The notes under the pieces are model-generated. The model saw nothing but the letters and a program-made list of their open reading frames with translations, was not told the origin of the DNA and searched no databases. A program made the position numbers and the translations under genes. A stretch of DNA of 63,886 bases, the filler included, from Octopus bimaculoides (taxonomy: Eukaryota), in assembly GCF_001194135.2 (NCBI RefSeq). It is 7 parts of 6 records of this genome, joined end to end, with 100 filler letters (N's around TTAATTAATTAA, not from the genome) between each part and the next. Parts side by side here need not be neighbours in the genome. Positions count along the whole stretch, not along the records: positions 31,475 to 45,105 come from NC_068996.1; positions 45,206 to 57,030 come from NC_068987.1; 5 more parts are not named here. The stretch is one strand, 5' to 3'. Shown in pieces: positions 36,432 to 50,590 of this stretch (positions within the stretch are counted from its first letter, which is position 1; every line of letters starts with the position of its first letter).

Positions 36432-37666
36432 AAGGATGGTGATAATGATGAGGACGATAATGATGACGACAGTGAGCCCCGGGTCAATTTTCCTGACGAA
36501 TATTTACTTATCAAAACAGTTTTACTGTGTTGCGTTACCATTGCCCAATGTATTTTGCCATTTTTTTAAAAAAAGATATTAGGTTGTGACATGATTGAGA
36601 TTTCGTTGCTATTTCTAGCAGATTGATTGAATGACAGGGCAGATGCTCTCTCAATTAGCTCGTTTAAATTTTGAGTTTACAAGCTAGAAATTTCGAATTT
36701 CTCTCGGCTGGAGTTTGACGATGCGTTGGTCCTCGATACGGCGGCTCGCATTTAAAACGTTTGCAGCATATTTTGCATAAAATAGAGATAAACATTACTC
36801 TGTTGGATTAGAAATGAAACGCTGGTTGTAACTGAGAATCAAAAGTACTTCAAATAGAAGCGATGATATAGTCAACAGGTTCTCAAGAACGTAACTGTTT
36901 ATGGTAGAGATGAAATATTTACAAAAAAGCTAGAAACAAACAAACAAACAAACAAAATATAATAAGTCAGAGAGAGAGAGAGAGAGAAAGCGAGATATAT
37001 CTTTAGTTTCCTTTCCAAAATCTGCAATAGCTTTTGAGTTATTTTTCTATTCGATATGGCACAAAGTGGTATTGTAACTTAAACATGCTCCAAATTTTTA
37101 ATATATAGGAGAATATAAAGCAACACTAAAAGAAATTCAAACCTGTTGCTCCTCACCTGTTATATTCTACGTAATGGCTTGGGTGTTGATCCTTTTCCCT
37201 CAGTTTATATTTCATCGAAATTGTGTCAGTAGTGAGTAGCTGCCATTTTAACGTTTAGATAGGTTTACTACGAAATATAACGAGTAGTCAGTAATACAAC
37301 AGTTTACGTTCACACTTTGACCTAAAATAACAACTGCTGAAACACAACCATCTATAGCGGAAACGTAATATACATGTTAGATGTGAGTCAAAGGAAGAGC
37401 TTACTTGTAATCGCTTTACCTGCTAAAACTCACGAATTCTTTTACTTTGCGCCCTACTGTCTTGAAGGAGGAAAGAGACATTGTTCAAAGTGGTCCTAAA
37501 AATACAATAGGAAACGATGGTCATGACCATAAGTTTGCTAAATTAAAGGCGAACGAGATTAAACAGAAAAGAACATACGTCCTAATTTCTGAAGACTGGA
37601 ATGAATCTCAAAAAGCCAGATTATCTATCCGTCTCTCTATCTGACTTGCTATATACGTGCGTGTGC

Positions 37667-37718
<52 letters not shown>

Positions 37719-38200
37719 NNNNNNNNNNNNNNNNNNNNNNNNNNNNNNNNNNNNNNNNNNNNNNNNNNNNNNNNNNNNNNNNNNNNNNNNNNNNNNNNNN
37801 NNNNNNNNNNNNNNNNNNNNNNNNNNNNNNNNNNNNNNNNNNNNNNNNNNNNNNNNNNNNNNNNNNNNNNNNNNNNNNNNNNNNNNNNNNNNNNNNNNNN
37901 NNNNNNNNNNNNNNNNNNNNNNNNNNNNNNNNNNNNNNNNNNNNNNNNNNNNNNNNNNNNNNNNNNNNNNNNNNNNNNNNNNNNNNNNNNNNNNNNNNNN
38001 NNNNNNNNNNNNNNNNNNNNNNNNNNNNNNNNNNNNNNNNNNNNNNNNNNNNNNNNNNNNNNNNNNNNNNNNNNNNNNNNNNNNNNNNNNNNNNNNNNNN
38101 NNNNNNNNNNNNNNNNNNNNNNNNNNNNNNNNNNNNNNNNNNNNNNNNNNNNNNNNNNNNNNNNNNNNNNNNNNNNNNNNNNNNNNNNNNNNNNNNNNNN

Positions 38201-38264
<64 letters not shown>

Positions 38265-38433
38265 TTTGTTGAGGTGTATTCCGTTAAGAACGTATTAGAC
38301 TACAAAACAGAGTTTATAATTACTATATACCCGGCAGTATTATGGTATACTACCAATTCTAAGTGTAGGCGGCATTCTTCGTGTCTGAAAAATAAAAATG
38401 AAAGAATTAACAGAGTCAAAACTAAGACGGAGT

Positions 38434-38730
38434 ACGATTCGACAGATGTTTAATAAACACTACACATGTTTCGATATTACATAGAACCACATATATACAA
38501 GATATAAATTTAAATTTAAATTAAGTAACGGTTTACCTGTATAATAGGACCTAGTTGTATCTGCTCAGGTGATATAAAACCGTTGTCTCCGTAAGTAAAT
38601 GTTTGACTTCGATGCTATCACATCCAACTGACTCCTTTGAATCTACTTAATTTAAATTTAAACCCTGCATATATGTGGATCCATGTTGTATCGAAACATG
38701 TGTAGTGGAATTAAACAGCTGTCGAATCGT
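38434..38730. repeat. Inverted repeat, ~90-bp arms with a 116-bp spacer
   Basis: 38434-38527 versus reverse complement of 38644-38730; share acgattcgacag, cactacacatgtttcgata, ccacatatat and aaatttaaattaagta. Confidence 0.8.
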
Positions 38731-39419
38731 GCTTGCTCTTCCTTTTTTTCATACACACATACATACATACATACATACATACATACATACATACATACAT
38801 ACATACATACATACATACATGCACACACACAAGTATGTATATATATATATNNNNNNNNNNNNNNNNNNNNNNNNNNNNNNNNNNNNNNNNNNNNNNNNNN
38901 NNNNNNNNNNNNNNNNNNNNNNNNNNNNNNNNNNNNNNNNNNNNNNNNNNNNNNNNNNNNNNNNNNNNNNNNNNNNNNNNNNNNNNNNNNNNNNNNNNNN
39001 NNNNNNNNNNNNNNNNNNNNNNNNNNNNNNNNNNNNNNNNNNNNNNNNNNNNNNNNNNNNNNNNNNNNNNNNNNNNNNNNNNNNNNNNNNNNNNNNNNNN
39101 NNNNNNNNNNNNNNNNNNNNNNNNNNNNNNNNNNNNNNNNNNNNNNNNNNNNNNNNNNNNNNNNNNNNNNNNNNNNNNNNNNNNNNNNNNNNNNNNNNNN
39201 NNNNNNNNNNNNNNNNNNNNNNNNNNNNNNNNNNNNNNNNNNNNNNNNNNNNNNNNNNNNNNNNNNNNNNNNNNNNNNNNNNNNNNNNNNNNNNNNNNNN
39301 NNNNNNNNNNNNNNNNNNNNNNNNNNNNNNNNNNNNNNNNNNNNNNNNNNNNNNNNNNNNNNNNNNNNNNNNNNNNNNNNNNNNNNNNNNNNNNNNNNNN
39401 NNNNNNNNNNNNNNNNNNN

Positions 39420-39469
<50 letters not shown>

Positions 39470-39549
39470 TCGACATCCGTTGAAGTTTGCGTTCACTGTT
39501 CTATTCAAAAATCTTCTCTAACAAACCCGCATGTAAGTTTCAAGGCCTG

Positions 39550-40030
39550 TCCTTGATCTTCAGTAACGATGTCACCAGCTGCACGTGAAGCTACTTAACG
39601 CAATGGAGAAGTGACGTCTCATGTGTTGTCTTTGGCATTGTCTTTGTTGTTTCTCATAAATAGCAGGAATTACGAACTTCAGCGATCGGTGCTATTCATC
39701 GCGCCGCAAGGCATTCTCCTTTCAAATGCCTGAGAAAATGCCGGAGTTCTTCATATGTCTCTTCAATACATCCCTATATCGCAATTATTGGTTACTGCAG
39801 CTTCTCCTTCCCGGACACAGTTAAGCGTAGAAAACTACCTTCGAGATCATGCCGCTCTCCATCCCGCAAGTATGTTCCACCCAGCACAATTGTGATGAGA
39901 TAATGAGGGCTTTCATACTATCTGCACTGCACCAGCGTAGTACAGGACCTCTACATCTGAAACGCGATCCCGCCATATGATATGCAAGATGGCACCCATA
40001 TGCCTGTTATAGAGGCCATATATTTCGTGA
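39550..40030 (-). mobile_element. RTE (BovB-like) LINE C-terminal fragment, old
   Basis: ILHIIWRDRVSDVEVL..AGADSMKALIISSQL.W...KVVFYA.L..GRRS...LRYRDVLKRHMK. Confidence 0.75.
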
Positions 40031-40251
40031 CGAAGAGGAGGTGAGTGGGCACTGCAGTACTGAACAACTTTATCTTCGTGTTGTGGGATCGGTTAATTAT
40101 GATTTTATTCAACCTATTTCTCTCTCAGATTCACACATTTTTTGCAGCGATCCTTCAGTTTTTCTAAGTCCCATAAAAGAACTCGGAAGGTTGGCCATCC
40201 AACCAGGCCTTTCTGGCACCCTTAAAACCAGGAAATTCACAGCACTCCCTC

Positions 40252-40291
<40 letters not shown>

Positions 40292-40644
40292 NNNNNNNNN
40301 NNNNNNNNNNNNNNNNNNNNNNNNNNNNNNNNNNNNNNNNNNNNNNNNNNNNNNNNNNNNNNNNNNNNNNNNNNNNNNNNNNNNNNNNNNNNNNNNNNNN
40401 NNNNNNNNNNNNNNNNNNNNNNNNNNNNNNNNNNNNNNNNNNNNNNNNNNNNNNNNNNNNNNNNNNNNNNNNNNNNNNNNNNNNNNNNNNNNNNNNNNNN
40501 NNNNNNNNNNNNNNNNNNNNNNNNNNNNNNNNNNNNNNNNNNNNNNNNNNNNNNNNNNNNNNNNNNNNNNNNNNNNNNNNNNNNNNNNNNNNNNNNNNNN
40601 NNNNNNNNNNNNNNNNNNNNNNNNNNNNNNNNNNNNNNNNNNNN

Positions 40645-40706
<62 letters not shown>

Positions 40707-40907
40707 AAATTTGAAATTGCTATCTAAATTACGTTGTACATGTTATTGGATTATGTTTACAGAATTCAAGATCATCCAATGATAATCCGGTCATACATAA
40801 TCTGTATTAGTACTGCCGATAGTGTCTCACAACTGCTAACTTGTCAACAAACTGGAATATTTGAAACGATTCATTATATGTGCTGTGTTGTGTGTGTGTG
40901 TGTGTGT

Positions 40908-40996
<89 letters not shown>

Positions 40997-41190
40997 TGGG
41001 TGGGTTGGTAGTTTGGTGTGTATCGACTACCTGTTGTGTTATTGTTCGCTCCCAACGATTAAATACCTTGCTTAGATGAACTAAAATATGCACTGCTTCA
41101 GTACATGTTCATCTGTCAACAATGTTAGGTCTGTATACGTATATTTGTGCGTGCATGTATTTACATATATGCACATGCTTATAATTATAC

Positions 41191-41222
<32 letters not shown>

Positions 41223-43029
41223 ACGTATGTGTGTGAGTGTGTGTACGCGCACGCTGTGTGTGTGTATGCATGCATATATATATATATATGCGTATATGTG
41301 TTAATATATGTGTGTGTGTGTGTACGTATGTGTGTGAGTGTGTGTATGCGCACGTTGTGTGTGTGTATGCATGCATATATATATGCGTATATGTGTTTAT
41401 ATATGTGTGTGTGTGTGTATATATATATGTATCTATACACACACACACACACACACACATAATTATATTAGATTATATGTGATCCATTTACATTTATACA
41501 CACGCAAATGATTATATGATTATATGTGCATGTATTTGTAAACGGATCTCACATTTCGATAATTAGTATTCCAGGTGCTATATCACCTGCGCTACCTACA
41601 AATCGCACTATAAGTATTTGTACTGCTGTACTAAGTATAGCACAGGCAATTCTATGATTCTACTCTTAACGTAATCTCAAATAAAAATCACCATTGTGCT
41701 ACCTCTTCTTGTGTCAAGGCGGATCCAGTGATTTACGTGTACAATCTGTCTACTCACTTCCTGTCTGCATAATTCTATTCAGAAGGGTTTTGATCGGCTT
41801 AAGACTATGCTAGATGGTACTTCTGTTCTTTTAGATCTTCATGAAGGCAGTGAATTGGTAAATTCGCCAGACGTTACATAGAATGCCTCGCGGTATTTGT
41901 CCCGACTTTCTGCGCTCTTAGATTGAAACCCTCTTGAGAGAAGTCTGCTCTTTACCCTCTCGGAGTAGATAGCAGCTGTGGGTGGAAAATAAATACTCAT
42001 CCACTGCAGGTGAGTTGGCGGAGTTGTTAGAAGGTCGGAAATGATTTCTTGTGATATCGGTTCTAGCTCTTTCAGCTCTAATATTAACGTCTGCAACGAC
42101 ACTGGTTCCAACCCCTGTCGACCCAAATGGACAGTATTTCACTTGGACATCAATGACGTAGCGAAAGAAGACATGCACGAATGAGCAATCGCTAGTCATC
42201 TTAAAAAAAAAACTTGCCCAAGCCTGAAATTACATGTGCAAATGCATAGTCAACGTTGATCGACTGAAGCTCCGTTTTGTTTTCACTTTATTTTGGTAGA
42301 ATGAGTAAAGGATCTACTATCAAACCAAATGAGTATAAAGAAAAAAATAAACTGTAACTTTGCATACTGTTGTAGACTGATTGGATTGATTTAATAACTG
42401 CACCTCGAATAGCTGCAAGTTAACGATTGATTATAAAACATGCGCAGGGAAAGAATTACAGAGGAATGACTTTCTAGAGAAGAAGAGTTGGGTGTAATGA
42501 ATAGCATCAGACTGAGCTATACGCCTTCACAATTGCTATAACTGTGTATCTTTGTACCTCGATGAGAATATAAGAATTAGTCATCGCAAAATTTTCCTCT
42601 ACGACTATAATACTATATAAACAGACTCTCATCTAGTCACTGCAAAGTCTGATAAAAGGTGTGTACATGAACACACACGAAATACTAGTACTATAAATAT
42701 TTGCATTTCAAAATGGTGCACTATCATTTGAACCAGATGCACAGAAAAATTTAGATATAAGACATTAAAAGTAAGATAGTGGGGAATCTCTCTTTTGCCA
42801 ACGAATCTAAATGCACTCTCATCTACATTTGAAACTATCCACTGACGAAGTCATTCAGAACACATATGGAAGCAAAAATTTGTTTAAGCCTTAAAACCAA
42901 AACAATAATTCAATATTTGTTGCGAATTAGTTAAGGCATCAGTGTGTTGTGCTGATTTTAAGTTGCGCTGAGATCCCGTTACTCTGCAAGGAGCTTATAG
43001 CTTGTTTCTCTGGCGTATATATATTCCTC

Positions 43030-43208
43030 TCTAGACAGAACGCGAGTTCGTCGCAGGATTACTCATTTTTGCTAGCTGAGTGGACTGGAGCAACGTGAAA
43101 TGAAGTGTTTTGCTCAAGGTCACAGCACACATCTCGGTTCGGGAATTGAAATCACAATCTTACGATCATGAGTCCAAAACTCTGATCACTAAGCCATGAG
43201 CATCCACT
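43030..43208 (-). mobile_element. Family C SINE, decayed
   Basis: Reverse complement of the head and ttgagcaaaacacttcatttcacgttgctccagtccactcagc. Confidence 0.7.
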
Positions 43209-43304
43209 GAGAACAACATTACCTTTCGTCTTTCTGAGGTCGATTAATAAAGTAGCATTCTAGAATGGTGAGCCAGTGGAATCGTTAAAACATCAAACAG
43301 GATG

Positions 43305-43419
43305 TGGGTAGGGACGAGTCGATTACATTGACCCCAGTACTTGACTGGTACTTATTTTATCGTCTCTGACAGAATGAAAGGCAGAGTCGACCACGGTGGC
43401 ATTTGAAACTCAGAACGTA
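43305..43419 (-). mobile_element. Family A SINE fragment
   Basis: gtcgattacattgaccccagtacttgactggtactt...gaaaggcagagtcgacc. Confidence 0.7.
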
Positions 43420-43555
43420 NNNNNNNNNNNNNNNNNNNNNNNNNNNNNNNNNNNNNNNNNNNNNNNNNNNNNNNNNNNNNNNNNNNNNNNNNNNNNNNNN
43501 NNNNNNNNNNNNNNNNNNNNNNNNNNNNNNNNNNNNNNNNNNNNNNNNNNNNNNN

Positions 43556-43612
43556 GAGGAGGAGGAGGAGGAGAAGAAGAAGAAGAAGAAGAAGAAGAAG
43601 AAGAAGAAGAAG

Positions 43613-43643
<31 letters not shown>
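43556..43643. repeat. Compound trinucleotide repeat (GAG)n(GAA)n(CAA)n
   Basis: Directly visible stepwise motif change. Confidence 0.9.
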
Positions 43644-44032
43644 GATAAAAAAATAATAGTTTAGAACAATGAAATTCTTGGCAGTGGTTCCACATTTGAA
43701 ATTCCAACGCAATGACAGTTAACGTTCTAGACAGAATCTAAGAACTGCACTCTCATATCAAATCTGACATACCACAGAACAGATAAAGTGAGCTTTTTTT
43801 TTTGCCAGGACTAACGTCAAGATAACAACCTCACTTTTTCCGTTTTAGCAGTCGCAAATGGTTTTGTTAGTATGCATATTCATACTCACATGGACAGATG
43901 CACATGCACACACATATACACACACACACAAATACGTACACTATTATCTATCTGCTTTTCATCTTGATTCTCTGTCTTCTGTTCACTCGTTCTTACACCT
44001 TCCTCTTTGTCTTCCTTTTCCTACTTTCACTC

Positions 44033-44089
<57 letters not shown>

Positions 44090-44396
44090 TTCTCTCTCTC
44101 ATTCACTCACTAATTCTCTGCACCTTTTGTTCAGTAACTTTTCACGTCTCTTCTGTTCACTTCCATGCGCACCTTATGTTCACCTTCAAACATGCATGTG
44201 TGTTCGAAAATACACACACATACACACACACATGCAAACACACACATACAAACTGACACACATACACATACACCCACGCATACATTAACACACACAAGCA
44301 CAAACACACATTCACACATACATTCACACACATGCACATTGACAACCCATACACGATCTTAAATGCACATATGCAAACATAGATAGATAGATAGAC

Positions 44397-44450
<54 letters not shown>

Positions 44451-44453
44451 GCA

Positions 44454-44538
<85 letters not shown>

Positions 44539-44839
44539 GAACAAACAGACAGACAGACAGACAGACGGATAGAAAATGGAAGATAGGTAGATATTTATAC
44601 AGACACACATGTCTATATGTCATACATATATACATACATGCCTTTACATATTCTCACACGCACACATACGCTCACTTTTTGTAACTGTACAAATTAGGCC
44701 ACGCAAAATTTTTGCAGCTATTTTTCTTTTGGTAAAAGTTTATGACCCAACTGATCAAAGCCGGCTTAAGAAGCACCATGCTACTATGATGATGTACAAT
44801 CTCACCGAAACGTCTTCATAACTGTTACGTCACCTCTTA

Positions 44840-45045
44840 TTTTCATCTTTAACTTGTCCCAGTGGTTGAACTGCGCTCATGCTGGAGCACTGCTTTGAAG
44901 GGTTTAGTCGAAATATTTGACCTCTGTACTTATTATTTTTTAAAGTCTAGTATTTATTCTATCAGAGTCTATTTGCCGAACCGTTAAATTACAGAATTGT
45001 AAAGAAACCATCACCCCGCTGCCAACCAGTGAAAGAGACACAGAA
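44840..45045 (-). mobile_element. Family B SINE 3' part
   Basis: catgctggagcactgc...tttattctatc...ttgccgaaccg. Confidence 0.6.
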
Positions 45046-45435
45046 AAAAGGCCTCACACAGACCTATATATATATATATACCTATCTCTTTCTCTCGCTC
45101 TCTCTNNNNNNNNNNNNNNNNNNNNNNNNNNNNNNNNNNNNNNNNNNNNTTAATTAATTAANNNNNNNNNNNNNNNNNNNNNNNNNNNNNNNNNNNNNNN
45201 NNNNNGAAGATGATCCGGACCGAAGTGGACTTTTGGTTATGGTTCTTGACAAGATCCACACTTTCTAACAAAGATTGTTTGGAGTGACAGGCTTCATTGA
45301 AATTGAATGGCTCATTAACCGCCACAGTACCACTTTACCGGGGACCTAAGTATTGGCATATTACGGAGATTTATCATTTTAATTTACCAGCAGTTACACT
45401 ATGGTACGACTTGTCGTCAAAAAGATAATTTAGAA

Positions 45436-45746
45436 CAGGGGTTCCCGTTCTGGGGAACCCCCATAGCCGTTCGACGTTTAAAAACTAGTTTTATAGAAAC
45501 TTTTTTCAAAATTCCTATTTTGTTTTTCCCACCTTAACTTGTGTAGGTTGAACTTTGTAAAGTATTAGAGAAAGAAACCTAACTGTTTCTTGCAATACAT
45601 TCCAGTACATACATTGAGGGCAAAATTTTTTCAGAAGCCCTTAAAATACTATAGTGGATCCCCAGTTTAATGCTTTGTTACATGAACTCTCAAAAGTCTT
45701 ATATGGACTTTCAGGGGCCATATAGACCCCCGGTTGAGAACCACTG
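45436..45746. mobile_element. Single-unit copy of the same hAT-like family
   Basis: caggggttccc...ggttgagaaccactg; shares tttaaaaactagttttatagaaac and aacttgtgtaggttgaact with 31729-32505. Confidence 0.72.
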
Positions 45747-46171
45747 AGTTACACCGTTCTTCTTCGACAGTACTGTAACTACTCCCATCTACTTGAACAT
45801 CACATGCAAAGCGTACAAGAGGACTTCGAAGATGTGGAGTTTATTTCCAGCAAGATGAGGCAACCCCACACTACCAGAAGAATGTTAGGGCCCACCTTAT
45901 GATTTTGCCACGTAAGTGGATTGGACAAATTGGTGCAGTGGAATACACACTGCGTTCACCAGATGTCAGAGCGCTAAAATTTATTTTAACTAAGTTTACA
46001 TTAGAAAACCAACAACAGTCGACGAATTGAGGGCATTGACAGAGAATTGGCACAAATACCGAAGGAAATGTTTCTTGACGCTTGCAATTCCCTTGTTCCG
46101 CGTTATCTATGTATGCATGCACGTATGTATACAATGTATCTTTCATAATATTTTTATACATTCGTATGTGT

Positions 46172-46239
<68 letters not shown>

Positions 46240-46249
46240 NNNNNNNNNN

Positions 46250-46286
<37 letters not shown>

Positions 46287-46370
46287 TTATACACACATAC
46301 ATACATACATATACATACATACATGTATATAGAAAGTGTGTGAGAGAGAGAGAGTGAGAGAGAAAAAGCG

Positions 46371-46415
<45 letters not shown>

Positions 46416-46930
46416 TATTCAAAATATTCATATGTATCAGTGTGTGCGTCCATACATATGTATATATGTGCTTGTGTCTATATGTATAAATGTGTATGCA
46501 TGGTTATATATGATTATATATGCATACATACATATATATATACATACATATATATACACATTATGTGCGTGTGTGTGTATCTGTATGTGTGTGTGTGAGT
46601 GTATGCTAATACGCTCGGCCACGCCCCATTATTGTGAATGGGTTTATTTTTATAATTACTGTACATCTACTTCCTGCAACAAGTCCGGAAGCAGATAAAC
46701 TCATCAAAGTGTCAAAACTATTGTTCTTTTCTTGGCAGAACCCCTTTACTCTTCTGTTTACTTAGACCATATAAGTTGATTCCATTGTCTCTTTATATAC
46801 TTACTGCATACTTCATATGACATTCGCCTAGTTTCCTTTTAAGTAGACCGTCAGTCCAGTAAAACAACTACAATATTAATAGCAATTCTGCCAGAACTTC
46901 CCCTTAACAACAACAGCAATAATAATAACG

Positions 46931-47335
46931 ATGGCTTCAAATTTTGGCACAAGGTCAACTATATCGAGGAAGCGGGTATGTCGATTACATTGGTACCTAT
47001 TTCATCGACCCCGAAAGGGATGGAAAGCGAAGTCGACCGCGGTGGAATTTGAAACTCAGAACGTAAAGCCGGACGAAATGCCGCTCAGTATTTTGTCCGG
47101 CGTGCTAACGATTCTGCTAGCCGGCTGGCTTAAAAATAATGATAATGACCCTTTCTACTATAGGTACAAGGCCTGAAATTTGGGGGAGGGGAATAGTCGA
47201 TTTCATCGACCCCAAAACTCAACTCGTACTTATTTTATCGATCTGGAAAAGTTGAAAGTCAACCTCGACGGAATTTAAACTCAGACCATAGGGACGGATG
47301 AAATGCAACTAAACATTTTGTTCGGCGTGCCAACT
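46931..47335 (-). mobile_element. Two tandem family A SINE copies
   Basis: Two consecutive reverse-complement copies separated by a decayed (aat) run. Confidence 0.75.
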
Positions 47336-47624
47336 GGCCATAAGGGCCGCAAACACCTGTACAATATAAAGACAAAGGACAGTTGGGGGTTTACATAAGA
47401 CTGCGTGAAGAATAAAAACAATAACAAAATCGACCAATTGTAGTATAAAACGCCCCCCTGGGGTAACCTAGGAACCCCTCAGATCCCGAACTACCCTCCT
47501 AACCTGGAGTGCCATGGAAAGTTCTCCTATCTCCTCCGTATTTTAACTTTTTGGCACAAGGCCAATAATTTTAAGTGGGGGGAGTAGTTGATACTCAGCG
47601 CTCATAAAATAAACACATCAACAT

Positions 47625-47646
47625 CGGTTTGTCAAACACAGACACA

Positions 47647-47690
<44 letters not shown>

Positions 47691-47852
47691 CGACGGGCTT
47701 CTTTCAGTTTCTGTCTACCAAATTCACTCACAAGGCTCTGTTCGGCCCGAGGCTATAGCAGAAGACCCTAGCTCAAAGTGCCACGAAGTGGTAGTGAACC
47801 CGGAACCATGTGGCTGGGAAGCAAGCTTCTTACCACACTACCACGCCTGCGC
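47625..47852 (-). mobile_element. Family B SINE
   Basis: gacgggcttctttcagtttc...ggcccgaggctatag...ccacactaccacgcctgcgcc. Confidence 0.8.
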
Positions 47853-48218
47853 CTGGCTGGTGATGTTGTTGTTGCTACTACTACCGTTGTTGTTTAATCC
47901 CATCCTAGTTCTGACTGTGGCAGCAGACGTAACGCCAAAAACCTTACTAACCCTGATCATCCAATCTTTTTGTTTCGTTGGGGAGTGGGACAACTTAGCT
48001 GCTATTTCTGGCATGTCGACCTACTATTCAAGAGTATTTATTCTCAAACAGCAGTAAGTTGCACCTGCAGGTGTGGTGCTAGCGTAGATGTAAATATTTG
48101 CATGTCAGGAGGTAAACATAACATGACCCTAGAGAGGTCATGATCTATATTATGTAACAGCAAAGGAGTGACGTATAGCGAGGGCATGACAAACTGCCAT
48201 GCTATAAATAATTATATT

Positions 48219-48249
<31 letters not shown>

Positions 48250-48303
48250 AGACTTGTGAGTGGATTTGGTAGACGGAAACTGAAAGAAGCCCGTCGTATA
48301 TAT

Positions 48304-48334
<31 letters not shown>

Positions 48335-50338
48335 NNNNNNNNNNNNNNNNNNNNNNNNNNNNNNNNNNNNNNNNNNNNNNNNNNNNNNNNNNNNNNNNNN
48401 NNNNNNNNNNNNNNNNNNNNNNNNNNNNNNNNNNNNNNNNNNNNNNNNNNNNNNNNNNNNNNNNNNNNNNNNNNNNNNNNNNNNNNNNNNNNNNNNNNNN
48501 NNNNNNNNNNNNNNNNNNNNNNNNNNNNNNNNNNNNNNNNNNNNNNNNNNNNNNNNNNNNNNNNNNNNNNNNNNNNNNNNNNNNNNNNNNNNNNNNNNNN
48601 NNNNNNNNNNNNNNNNNNNNNNNNNNNNNNNNNNNNNNNNNNNNNNNNNNNNNNNNNNNNNNNNNNNNNNNNNNNNNNNNNNNNNNNNNNNNNNNNNNNN
48701 NNNNNNNNNNNNNNNNNNNNNNNNNNNNNNNNNNNNNNNNNNNNNNNNNNNNNNNNNNNNNNNNNNNNNNNNNNNNNNNNNNNNNNNNNNNNNNNNNNNN
48801 NNNNNNNNNNNNNNNNNNNNNNNNNNNNNNNNNNNNNNNNNNNNNNNNNNNNNNNNNNNNNNNNNNNNNNNNNNNNNNNNNNNNNNNNNNNNNNNNNNNN
48901 NNNNNNNNNNNNNNNNNNNNNNNNNNNNNNNNNNNNNNNNNNNNNNNNNNNNNNNNNNNNNNNNNNNNNNNNNNNNNNNNNNNNNNNNNNNNNNNNNNNN
49001 NNNNNNNNNNNNNNNNNNNNNNNNNNNNNNNNNNNNNNNNNNNNNNNNNNNNNNNNNNNNNNNNNNNNNNNNNNNNNNNNNNNNNNNNNNNNNNNNNNNN
49101 NNNNNNNNNNNNNNNNNNNNNNNNNNNNNNNNNNNNNNNNNNNNNNNNNNNNNNNNNNNNNNNNNNNNNNNNNNNNNNNNNNNNNNNNNNNNNNNNNNNN
49201 NNNNNNNNNNNNNNNNNNNNNNNNNNNNNNNNNNNNNNNNNNNNNNNNNNNNNNNNNNNNNNNNNNNNNNNNNNNNNNNNNNNNNNNNNNNNNNNNNNNN
49301 NNNNNNNNNNNNNNNNNNNNNNNNNNNNAGTTACTCAATAATGTAAAAGTGTAGCGTGTAACGAAAATTAAGTAACCATTAGTGTTTGCCATCAGAAAGC
49401 TGATATCAACAATTTCCCCAGGGAACTGACTTTTACGCACACGCACACGCACATGCATATGTACTCGTATGCACACACACACACACACACACACGCACGC
49501 ATGCACACAAACAAGGAACAGAGTCGCGGGTCAACCCCCTTCCACCTCAACAACCTTTGTTCGTAAACATGCCTTCTCATTTCCTCCACTGCACACTCAC
49601 TCACACACACACACGCACACACACACACACACGCACACACACACACATGCACGCACACACACATGCACGCACATTTCGCGAAGGCATACACAAGCATTCA
49701 TTCATGTTTCTTAAGCATATATACACAGACAAATATATATACACACAGATAAATATATATACACACGTTTATATACTCAGCTTTTTACGGTATTTCTCTT
49801 TACCATATTATGACTTTCTTCTCCGCACATTGGTTATAGTGGTTCTACATCTTTAAAAAAAAACACACAAATTAAGGTAGGGTGGCCACAGCTGGAATGT
49901 CTGTTATAGTTTCGTTCGCTTAGGGCTGATGTGAAGTTAACCAGCAGCACCAGCACCACCGACAACAACAAAAACACCACTGTCGACAACAACACCAAGC
50001 AAATGAGGGAACCTCTTGGTGGGTGCTCTGTCCGCTAGAAATAACCGTCGAACTTCATTGAAATCACACGGTATTGCCTTAAAAAGAATGAGCACCTTGC
50101 CAAGAGTTTGTCTATGGTTGACCTGAAATTAAGTAGTAACAATTACATGCATACAATTTTTTAGACCTTTCAGACAAGAGGAAATGCAATGCACTTCATC
50201 CTTTACAGGGGAGAAGGACAGAGGCGTAGCCAGGTTCTGAAATCAGGAAGAGCGAGCATATAAACAAAAAGACGCCGGGACACATATCAAACATTTTAAA
50301 ACCCATCTTTCATATCACACGAAGTATTTCAACGAAGA

Positions 50339-50590
50339 GATAGGGACACTTTGATTCCTATCATAGGACGTAAATGAGTAACCGTTACTTAAGGAATATC
50401 GGCTATCAGCACAAAACCGTCAATCATCAAGTGAATTATGTGGGCCCGACCTCAGGAGCTCATATACAAGCTATTGAGCGATCGTCGCTTGATGTCAAGA
50501 CTGAAATACTCCAGAAAAAAGAGCGTACCTAGTCAACACTTTCAATCACATTTGGATCATTATTGTTGGAAAATGCTCAGGAAAAATGAT
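50339..50590 (+). mobile_element. Merlin (IS1595/ISXO2-like) transposase fragment
   Basis: DRDTLIPII...GYQHKTVNHQVNYVGPTSGAHIQAIERS...QSHLDHYCW matches the Merlin GY.H.TVNH..F.DP.TG.HT..IE motif. Confidence 0.82.

Noticed and set aside
37469-37644. Acceptor followed by open frame EERDIVQSGPK...
   Set aside because: No convincing donor and no recognisable homology.
41990-42015. Strong donor cag|gtgagt
   Set aside because: Lies at the head of a decayed family A SINE (ggtgagttggcggagttgttag); no good upstream exon.
42300-42357. Acceptor followed by MSKGSTIKPNEYKEKNKL*
   Set aside because: Joining either donor of the 33893 exon gives an immediate stop; no independent support.
45206-45235. gaagatgatccggaccgaag resembling a hammerhead remnant
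   Set aside because: The 5' part is lost in a gap and GAAA is incomplete; cannot be evaluated.
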